Both the position numbers and the translations under genes were made by a program. Positions 27,047 to 37,386 of a stretch of DNA of 64,000 bases are shown here, in pieces. The stretch's first letter is position 1; each line of letters starts with the position of its first letter. Location: contig MU058687.1 in NCBI GenBank assembly GCA_013265495.1, forward strand, positions 5,082,093 to 5,146,092, read 5' to 3'. The DNA is from Vicugna vicugna. Lineage: Eukaryota. The notes under the pieces are model-generated. The model did no database searches, was not told the DNA's origin, and saw only the letters and a program-made list of their open reading frames with translations.

Positions 27047-29037
27047 ATATGACCCTTCCCCTTCCGCATCTCTCCCTCCCAACCCCCTCCTTTCTCTAGC
27101 ATTGTTCAAATCTATGTGCTGTCATCCATCCCCTTGAATTAAAGACAGTCTAAAACTTGTCAAAAAGACAAACAAATGTACAATTACATCTATATCTGAG
27201 AACCTCTAATAATGCAGAAATTCATTCAAACCCTCTAGATTGATAGATTTTTTTAAAGGCAAATTATAAAATTAAACAGGTTTTTTTTAAAAAAAATTTT
27301 TTCAACCATCGCAATCGGAATTATTGCAAATTCAAAACTGATGCCCTCCCCAGCCCCTCAAAGTAAAAAAACTGTTAAAGTGCAGATTTTTTTTTTCTTT
27401 TCATGTTATGTGGTGTGGATGTATGTGTTGTTGCCTCCCTGTATCATCCTCTGTTGTAAATTATTATATTTGAAAAATTAGACATTTTGCTCAAAAGTTC
27501 TTAAAGAAATGACAACAACAACAAAAAAGCAAGTTACAAGAATGTGGCAATTCTATTTGTCCAAGAGCATTCTTACACAACTTTCTTTTGTAAATTTTTC
27601 TTTCATGCCAAAAAACATGCGGGCAATTTGTTGATGTAAGTTGACTATAAATTAATACAGTATGTTTTTTTTTAATTTAAATTATTTTGTCTATATGGAT
27701 ATGATTTCTTTGTTTGTTTTTTTCTAAAGCAGCCTCTTATTTATTTGCTTTTGCTTTTCTTTCTGTCCTTATATTGTGAATGCCTCGTTAATGTTATCTG
27801 CTCCTTCCCTCCAGCTTACTTTGGCCCTGACGTTGATTTTATTTCCTACTACGTGATTTTGAAGACAGTATTACATATTTTCTTTCATTTATGTCTGTTT
27901 GCTTAATTTTCACTGTTACGTTTTGTGCTGATTTGCTACTAATAATCAATGTGAATTCTACTCTTGGTTGAAGGGTGTGGGTAAATGGCTCTTACCATCC
28001 GAAGGAAGCCTGGCCTCTTTGCCTGAACCAACTTGTAAAGCCTTGACAGTAATGGTAGGCTCTACAGTGGGATATGAAATTGGATGCAACCTGTGGGAGG
28101 CCTGTCCCTGAAAAGAAAATTAGTGCACTCCAAGTGTTATCAAATTACGTCCTAATTTAACGGCTTAGAAAGCATTCAGGGAAATCAGCCCTCTATTTTT
28201 TCCCTTCGGCAAAGGGGAGATAAGGTACTCTCAAGTGACTATGGTAGAGTTTGGTCATCCAGGATTAAAGTATCGCCATCACCACAAACTGCAAAATCAG
28301 TTTTACTGCAAATAAAGACACCAAGAATCCCAAGTGTTTTAGACCATTGTCCTATAACGTGGTGCCTTCCGATGTACAGAAGTACTGGTGAAAGCACACA
28401 CGCGCACACACAGTAGGCTTCCAGTTCTCTCTCTCCCTTCTCTGCCCCTCTCGCCTCTTCTTCTCTTTCCTTGTCCCTTTCTCTTACTGGTTGCCATTTC
28501 TCTCAAGGATTTAATCAGGTAAGCTTTAAAAGGACCCTAAGATCCTCCCAAGAAGAAGCATGGTGATTTGCACATCTAAAGTTTTACTAGGAAACCTTTC
28601 AGGTGGGTATTGCCATTCTGTGTGACTCTGCGGTGACGCTGTGCCTTCACCTTAAAGGCGTTTGGCTCAGGATTGCCTCACGCCTCTGGAAACAGAAGAT
28701 TGGCAAGAAGTGCTATACGATTTTTAAATAAAGAGGTTACTTGCTTCACTTTAATTTTAGATATTAGCATTATCTGAAACTGTTTTAGAAATATGAAACC
28801 GAAGGGTGGATAAGGAATACGTTTCCAACTGAGAAGCAATAATGAATTGGCTTTATCTGCCTTGATTTACATGACTTGATATTGTTTGGCACGTTGGATG
28901 ATATTTTGGGTTTAAAACTAAGAACCTCCTGAATGGAGTGTTATTTTATCTGACTGAATTGAAAGCTTTTATTTTTGTTCAGGATGCTATCCATAAATCA
29001 GTTTAATAAAAGGCTAGTCATTTATTTTAAATGCAGG

Positions 29038-29315
29038 CTCTTATGACTTTAGGCTTGTTGCTTCTGTGAATACTTTGGTAAGCATAGACATCTGGTGATC
29101 ACTGACTCCATGGTCTTTGGGCAGTGGGAAAAAAAATTATCAGCTGCTCCAGCATTTCTGAGGAAAGTCACTTTTGATTAAGCCAAATAAACATAGTCTT
29201 AAATAGCCTCCCACACTCTAAGTTATTTCTAGGAAGGATCTAATAGTGGGAAAATTACATTTCACCTCCTTATCTCAAGTAATGTGTGCCCTTGGACTCC
29301 CCCAAGACACTAGAA
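29038..29315 (+). repeat. 278-bp dispersed direct duplication, copy 1
   Basis: Aligns without gaps to 30408-30685 with 8 mismatches by manual comparison. Confidence 0.95.
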
Positions 29316-30407
29316 GTCACGTCTCCCACCATCTTGAGCCTCAAGGCCCACTGGGGGTTGAATCTTCCACCATCCTGGTGTTAATTGCTGTATTATTCCT
29401 TGAATGGCTGTGCCCTGCCCCCTTCCTTCTGTCTCAATCTTACCTGAACATATATTGAAAACAGAATCTGTAGCCTTTTAGACTCAAACCCATTTCAGAT
29501 AAACTAGGGGGAAAAAAATGTCCTACCTAGAGATTCTCATTTCATTAAAATGTTAATTAAAAGTTGAGCCCCTTTGAGACACTTGTGTTTTTCTGGTGTC
29601 TTCCTCCCAGGGACTTGCTGTATCTATCCATAAGTATTTTTTCTGAGGATGAACGAAGAACAATTTCATGGTTACAAGCTTCCGGATATGTATGTGTTGC
29701 ATATAGACACTTCTGTGGCACCAGATAACTAAATGATTGTCACTCAGTAACTAATTTAGTGGTTAAAAGATGATTTCTCCCCATTGTATGTGAATTTCTC
29801 AGCAGAGAATTAGATGAGAATTCAAATAAGAGAGGAGGTAAAGAGCCTAAATATAGACCAAAAAAATTCAAGGAATTGAGCATGGTGACCTCCCCCAGAG
29901 TCTTGCTGTCGGTATCAGTTTTTTCATATTTTTGTGACTCCTTAGACTCATGAATCTCCAGAGAGGTAAAGGTTGCAGCCACACTGAAACTCCATCCTGC
30001 TCTTCTTGTTTTTTGAGATGACCCACTACATCACCATCACCTACAACATTCTCACAGCTCAGAAGAGTTCTATTAAATTTTTAATACACTGTCTTTTTCG
30101 GTGGCAGAGAGCCCCTTGTGCTGAATATCAGCCCTAGACACATGAATTATATATCTATAAATACACTCATAAAGCCAAAAAGCAGGGCAGCCTTCAGGGC
30201 TAAAATAGACCTTTTATATCCCTGGTGATCTCTCTGGTTTAAAGAAAAGCACAACCCTGTCAAGAAAGGGTATATATTCCTGATTTAAAATGCTAACTTT
30301 AAGGAATACAGAGAGTTCTTATTCCAAACCAAAGAAAAATTCTGGGGATGGAATAGTAAAATTAGAGTTTTGATGGATTACAGGCTTTGCATCACTCTGC
30401 CTGCAAC

Positions 30408-30685
30408 CTCTTATGACTTTAGGCTTGCTGCTTCTGTGAATACCTTGTTAAGCATAGACATCTGGTGATCACTGACTCCGTGGCCTTTGGGCAGTGGGAA
30501 AAAAAATTATCAGCTGCTCCAGCATTTCTGAGGAAAGTCACTTTTGATTAATCCAAATAAACATAGTCTTAAATAGCCTCCCACACTCTAAGTTATTTCT
30601 AGGAAGGATCTAATAGTGGGAGAATTACATTTCACCTCCTTATCTCAAGTGATGTGTGCCCTTGGACTCCCCCAAGACACTAGAA
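30408..30685 (+). repeat. 278-bp dispersed direct duplication, copy 2
   Basis: Aligns without gaps to 29038-29315 (offset 1370 bp). Confidence 0.95.
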
Positions 30686-32674
30686 TCGTCCTAAATCTTA
30701 AAGATGGATTTTGATATTAAGATGGTTTATACGCCCCAACTTACACACCTGCCCCAGCAACGTCACATTTACAATCATCTCAAGTTTCCCACCTATTTGC
30801 ACTAAAATTCCCCTGTGTAACACCAGCTCCTGCATCCCAGAGGACTCTCTTTTAAACTAAAGACATTCCTCCAATTCCTTGAGATGTCAGGAAAAGGGAG
30901 TTATGAAAGTTTCTACCATTTCATTGATTAAATATGACCAGAATTTGGGCTCATAGTTCCCTGACCAGGGGTGGGGTGGGGCATGATTTATCATTTTTAT
31001 CCCTGCTGCCAGGATTAATAACAAAATGGCAAAGGAAATTGAAGATTAGCAGCATTAACAGATTCTGGTATTTTAACTCTGCAATAGCGCACCCATCGTT
31101 TTAGTTTTGAAATAAGCTCTCGTCCTTTCACTTAGGGGCTCACCAACCTCTTAGAAGCTCTTCGTAAATTAGTGAGATCCAGTCCCTCTTTCCAACCACT
31201 AGGAAAAAGATGATTTTTTACTTTTTTTTTCCTGCCCCAAGAGATGCTCACATTAGGGTGTTGAATGAGAAGAGAACGGCAAAGGAAAGTGGGAGTGATT
31301 CAACGGCAGAGTGAGCAGTTTGTAGATTCTGTAGATTTTTTTTCACAACAAAGACAACTGTGGACGCTTTAGCTGGGATTGAAAAGAGAGTGAAAAAAAA
31401 AAAGAATACAGGCAAATGTGAAACTCCAGTTGGGTGTCACAGATGGTACACTAAAATTGCAAATGAATGCCACTCTGCAGTCATGAAGACAGTGCTCTTA
31501 ATCTCACTTAAAGGGATGCTGGCATCCTACTTCACAATTGGCCTTTATATGTAAGTTATTTGTACCAGGGCTTTGCCTCCCAACAAATCAGTCATTCCTG
31601 TCCCTCCTCCCAGTTTCCTCTCTCCTTAATATATGTTGGGTCGGTGTTTATCATCGCCCTAAGGAACAAATCACTCCCGGTACATGCGTCAGGGAGAGAA
31701 CACACCTGCTAAACCTTAGTTCTAGGAGAGGTGGGTAAAAAAAAACCTGTCTTGTTCTCTGAAGGAAAACAAAATCATCCCTGAGCAACCCCTAGGGACC
31801 CTTTAAACATGGGCCTTCACTCCTGTCTCCCTACTCTCTTCTCTTACACAAACACGCCTTCTTCTGTGTATCATCTTCAACATAACACTCGAGGCCTCCC
31901 CAACCAGGGGAATAAGGAGAAACGCTCCCTCAGGGTTAGTTCCAGGACTGGCTTACCTTTAGGGACCTGTGTTCCAAATCCCAGTTATAAAAACTAGCAA
32001 AAGTGTGTAAATTATTCATTAAATAAGTAGCAAGCCCTATAAATTATATATGTTGACAATGTGAAAAATGGGCATGCGAGTCCAGTAAAACAAGTCTGAA
32101 GCTTCGTCAGATCTGCCAAAATCAGTTTGCCGGATAGTTTCAGACTCTGAGCACTAGGAGAGAAGCTTGGGGTTTAGAGCACAGAGCAAAATATCATTTT
32201 GAGATTCTCAGGAAGGTTCTTATTTTATCAGTAACACCACTGGGTAGGTGGGGGATGACGGTACAATGCTCCACGGTCCCTTCCCTTCCTAATGATACCT
32301 GTTATGGACATTACTGCCACCCTCACGACTCCAGTTCTCTCTGCAAAGGATAAAGGATTTGATGTGGACGCAAGCAGGTCTTCTTAGGTGGGCAGGTGCT
32401 TTCTCAGGAGGCCTTTTTCTCAGCACACCTGAAACCTAGGAAGTTTAGCTGTGGCAGCTCAGAAAGACTTCAGCTGAAGTATCATACCAGCATCTCAGCC
32501 GTCTGACCAACGGCGGCAGGGAACCATCACGCCACACCTGCCGGAGGACTTTTAAAAAACAATAATTGGAATAATTTTTTTAGTAAAGTTAATAAACAGA
32601 CATGAACTGTGCCCTCCTGAGATTCTTTCTCTGTTTGAAAAATGCCATTGTAACGAGACACAGAGGAGACCTTG

Positions 32675-32797
32675 AGGGATAAATTGGGAGTTTGGGATTT
32701 GCAGATACTAAGTACAGTATATAAAACAGATAAGCAGCAAGGTCCTACTGCATAGCACAGGGATCCATATTCTTGTAGTAACCTATCATGAAAAATA

Positions 32798-32836
<39 letters not shown>

Positions 32837-32911
32837 TGAATCACTATGCTGTACACCAGAGACTAACACAACATTGTAAATAAACTATAATTTTAAAAAA
32901 CCAAAACAAAA
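32675..32911 (+). mobile_element. Artiodactyl-type L1 3'UTR fragment with internal (TG)n and TSD
   Basis: 'gggataaattgggagtttgggatttgcagatac...aaggtcctactgcatagcacaggg...ctgaatcactatgctgtacaccaga'; TSD agaggagaccttg (32662-32674) / agaagagaccttg (32912-32924). Confidence 0.85.
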
Positions 32912-33986
32912 AGAAGAGACCTTGGTTATCTTGCTTCTGTACATGAATTATACACTTGCCCTACAATTAGGTGAGTAACATTCACCACAGGATATTTGCG
33001 GTAGCCGTGATTTTCAAGGCACTGTGTGTGGTTCAGTGAACTATTCTGAACTTCCTTTCCTGCCCTGGTCGTAGCATGTTTATAAATGCAGTAACTAGGG
33101 TCTGTGGGTAAACTGATAAATCTCATCCACTGCAATTAAGAATCACTGATTTAAAAAACTCAATTTGCTATCTCTACATTTCTGGATCTAAAAGTGAGTT
33201 TCCAGTAAGTCATGGGTATGCAGGCTGGGTATTTTTAAAATCTAGTGTTCAGCTCAGCATATATTGCAGACAGCATAAAAGCAGTGTCTAAACATAATAT
33301 TGGACCAGGGCAATATTATCTTTTATAGTCAGGGGAGTTTCTGGAAAAGCCTAGTCAAAATGGGTGTGTTAAATGAACCTTTTCAACCTCTTGGAAGTTC
33401 CCCTTACTTAGAATACAGTAAGTGAAGACTACACTTGATAAATGAGAAATAAAAGGCAGTGACTTCAAGTACTGAAGGTGAGGTCTTTGGGTTCCCTGAT
33501 CTTGATCTCAGTGATCTGAAAAATCCCCACCCTTATGGGAGCAAATGCGTAGAAACTCAAGAAGAAGAATAAAGAAGTGCTGTGGTTCACAGATTAATCA
33601 CATGCATGTGTGCACGTACACACACACACACACCACACAGCTTCGACCGTGAGGATTAGCGGTGGTGTCACTGAATGTCATCATCCCACAAGCAGATCCT
33701 GGAAACAGCCTATTTGAATGCTATCGAAATAATTACTTGAGAGTATCTTTAAAAATCTAAGCCCCCAATCTAAGGATTTCTGGGTTTGGTGGCAAGAGGC
33801 ATATGACAGGCTCTAAGTCAGCCTAGCATGGTTAGACTACACGTAGAGAGGATCTGTATGTGGATCCAAGTCGTTTTGTTATGATTTCTGAGGCGCACCT
33901 GTGAACGAACTTCACTGAGCGTGCCTGTGAATTGTGTTTTTCTGTGAATATACTAATTCTGTTTTTCTCTCTCTTTTCAATCCCAG

Positions 33987-34912
33987 GAGGTGAACTAGTT
34001 ATCCCTCTTCTTGTAGAAGACCCTTTAGCTACCCCTCCTATTGCTACTCGTGCACCTTCCATTACACTCCCCCCTACCTTCCGCCCCCTCCTCACCATTA
34101 TTGAGACCACCAAAGATTCCCTGTCCATGACCTCTGAGGCGGGGTTACCTTGCTTGTCGGACCAAGGCAGCGATGGTTGTGATGATGATGGCTTGGTGAT
34201 ATCTGGGTATGGCTCAGGGGAAACCTTTGACTCTAACCTGCCCCCTACTGATGATGAAGATTTTTACACCACCTTCTCCTTGGTAACAGATAAGAGTCTT
34301 TCCACTTCAATCTTCGAAGGTGGCTACAAAGCACATGCGCCCAAGTGGGAATCCAAGGACTTTAGACCTAACAAAGTCTCCGAAACTAGTAGGACTACTA
34401 CCACATCTTTGTCCCCTGAGCTGATCCGCTTCACAGCTTCCTCCTCGTCTGGGATGGTGCCCAAATTGCCAGCTGGCAAAATGAATAACCGTGATCTCAA
34501 ACCCCAGCCTGATATAGTCTTGCTTCCGTTGCCCACTGCCTATGAGCTAGACAGCACCAAACTGAAGAGCCCACTAATTACTTCCCCCATGTTCCGTAAT
34601 GTGCCCACAGCAAACCCCACGGAGCCGGGAGTCAGACGGGTTCCGGGGGCCTCAGAGGTGATCCGGGAGTCCAGCAGTACAACAGGGATGGTCGTCGGCA
34701 TTGTGGCTGCTGCCGCCCTCTGCATCTTGATCCTCCTGTACGCCATGTACAAGTACAGGAACAGGGACGAGGGGTCCTATCAAGTGGACGAGACGCGGAA
34801 CTACATCAGCAACTCGGCCCAGAGCAACGGCACGCTCATCAAGGAGAAGCAGCAGAGCTCGAAGAGCGGCCACAAGAAACAGAAAAACAAGGACAAAGAG
34901 TATTACGTGTAA
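33987..34912 (+). CDS. NRXN3: NRXN3 terminal coding exon, longest acceptor form: GGELVIPLL... stalk insert, transmembrane helix, cytoplasmic tail ending KDKEYYV
   Basis: ORF 33932..34912 contains [73 protein letters not shown]...EYYV, diagnostic of neurexin-3. Acceptor tcccag at 33981-33986, branch-like TACTAAT at 33951-33957, TAA at 34910-34912. Confidence 0.97.
34290..34912 (+). CDS. NRXN3: NRXN3 terminal exon, middle acceptor form ([12 protein letters not shown]...)
   Basis: accttctccttggtaacag|ataag, AG at 34288-34289, phase 1 and in frame; corresponds to a known NRXN3 SS5 isoform start. Confidence 0.82.
34611..34912 (+). CDS. NRXN3: NRXN3 terminal exon, shortest acceptor form ([13 protein letters not shown]...EYYV)
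   Basis: gtgcccacag|caaacc, AG at 34609-34610, phase 1 and in frame; branch-like ACTAAT at 34573-34578; ANPT start is shared by all neurexin last exons. Confidence 0.92.
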
Positions 34913-36202
34913 AAACGACACCGCCAACAATACGTGAATTGAAAACACTGAGATATTTATTCATACAGATATAAATCCTCGGAACAAACGAGATTTGACA
35001 GATGTCAGAACTGTTATAACTATGAGATGGGGTGTACCATGACTCTGGTGGGGAAAATCATTTTTAAAAGAACACACACAAAGATGTACCTACCTGTAAA
35101 GTTCAGTCATGGCTGCTTGGATTCAGTCATTGCCCGGAGACAGAAAGTTCTTTCTGCCATGCTGTATCATAAAGCACACACTTTGCGCCCTGGAGCAAGC
35201 AGGTGGCTCCCCCACGTCCACAGACTTGGAAGCTTCCTTCTCTTGAGGACCTTTCACCCAAGGTCGAAGACTTCATGGCTTACTTGTTCCATGACTCCAA
35301 GTGAGTCTGTAACGATGTTTGTGAAGCTTGACTGTAACAATGGTTTTTTTTTCCTTTTGGTTTAATTATGTAAAAAGCAAAAGCAGAAAAAAAAAAGAAA
35401 AAAGTTAAAAACAAACAAAAAATCCCGCTCTTATCTGGTTCTGGCCAGTGTGCGTGTAAATTTTCAAGATCTGAGGGGAAAAATGGCTTTTGGGTTTTGG
35501 TTTATTTTTTGAGAAAAACTGGACATAAGTTAAGAAGAAGGGAAAAAAAAAACTCAGAAAACAAAAGTAAGAGAGACTATTGCCATATGAACTCAAAAGC
35601 TACCACGGTGTTCACTCTACATATCAGGTTGTGGTGGTTCTAGAATCTGTTGTTTGTTTCCTATACGATGCTTTGCTGAACACATAGCAAAATCCTGTGA
35701 TGGATGGTCATATTGATTTGAAAAGCTGGTCCTTCAGGATCGAATTCCAGAATGTGCCACCCAAGCCCTGAAAAAAATGGGCTGAGGGCTGGTTTTATCA
35801 GAACTATTGGCTTCACTTAACAATATTGTTTCTGTCCATGAGCCCAGCCAAATTGTGGTAAAGGAAAAAGCCCATGAATGAGAACAGAGCCTTTCCTAGG
35901 GAAGGGGAAGGGGTGGGTGGGCTGGATCTGTGACTGATTGAAATGCATGCAAATAGAAAAGACAAAACGAAAAGCCTGTTAATCAAAACAGATAATAAGG
36001 GAGTTCAACTTCTGATGGAACCACAAAAGGTCACACAAGCCAAACATGGCATGACAGAGTGCAGAATTCATAGTTCTTCCCCCACCCCCAACGTGATAAT
36101 GTTTTTCATAGTGGTTTGGTTTAATTTTGTAGCCTGACATTTATGGAGAACTCTGTCGTTCCATTTGCTCACGTCTCCCTTCGCCCATCTTTTCTAAAAG
36201 TA

Positions 36203-36227
36203 AATAAATAAATAATAAATGAATAAA
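36203..36227 (+). terminator. Cluster of four AATAAA hexamers, candidate proximal poly(A) site
   Basis: AATAAA at 36203, 36207, 36214 and 36222; further copies at 36467 and 36656. Confidence 0.4.
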
Positions 36228-37380
36228 GCTGCTGTGACACACACAAAAAATGGAATTTAATAGTATAATATATATAAATAAATATATATACAGATATATT
36301 TATCATGGTATGTTTGATGGGATGACTGAAACAGGAAAACTGTAAAAATCTTGATGTGGAATGAGAATGTTGTTTTAAAAGAAAATAACAAAACAACAAA
36401 AACGTTAACCTTAAAATGTGAAGAAAGTGTGAGTTTTCATTTTGTCACAGTTACTGTGTCAAAGAGAATAAAAAAAAATCTTCTCAGATTTTGTTTACAT
36501 ATTTTACTACATTTTGCTGGTATAACTCCTTAGCCACCTGTGCACAGACTGCTTTGAGAACTGTTCTTTCCTTTCTCTTTGTTGATTCCAGTTTGCTTGG
36601 TTTCCGTTCCAGTTGTCTTTCTTTTCGAAAAGAGGGAACAAATGTACAGAAAAACAATAAACTGGTCGTGTGGCCATACCTATCCCCAAAGCAAGAGACA
36701 AAGCAAGGCAGATATTCACACAAAAATGAAATGTGTCCTCTGGAGGGTCGGATACATACGATTTCTTTTGTACAGATGAAAAGCAATCAGCTGTTTAGAT
36801 TTAGAAATCGACTCTTGCTGGTCCTTGTAAGTTGCATGAATATTTGACTTTGAAAAAATATTGACATGGGGCAAAAAGCGCAACTTAAGCAATGGTAGCC
36901 TTTACTAATGTGTACGGAAAGAAGTGTTCCTCGTTATCTGATGTTTCAATGTGTTAAGAGTTTTGCATTTTTTTCCTTTTTGTTGTCACTGAAAAAGAAA
37001 GGATTATGAAGTGGTATCGAAGCACGACATTAGATAACCTACATGGCCCGACCTATATGAAGTTGATGATATCTCGATGTCTGTGAAAGATTGCTGTTCT
37101 TGGAGTCTTGAGGTCTTGTGAACTGATTTCCTGCTCTCTTTCTTTACATTTTTTTATTTGAGTAAAAATACATTTGTTATCTTCCTTTCAGTGTAAGCTT
37201 CTATTTGGACAATTTTATGGGAACATGTGCATTCTGTATGTGAGCTTCTATCATATTCCTGTTGTTTTATGAACAGACTCTTTAAGGAATTTATTTTACA
37301 ATGTTGTGAAGTTACTGCTTTTCCTTTTTTCTTTTCTCTTTTATTTCATATTTGCATTTTCGTTCAAGGATATGCTTAGC

Positions 37381-37386
37381 AATAAA
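37381..37386 (+). terminator. Polyadenylation signal AATAAA (probable main NRXN3 site)
   Basis: AATAAA with upstream U-rich tract (37317-37360) and downstream ctttgtatgatgatgcatttttgcttttg. Confidence 0.65.

Noticed and set aside
33932..33986. N-terminal [18 protein letters not shown] of the 326-aa ORF resembles a signal peptide, suggesting a standalone single-exon membrane protein
   Set aside because: It starts at TTG and is simply the translated branch point and polypyrimidine tract of the acceptor at 33986
33832..34948. Four antisense ORFs overlapping the terminal exon
   Set aside because: Expected shadow ORFs of a GC-rich coding exon; no independent similarity or signals
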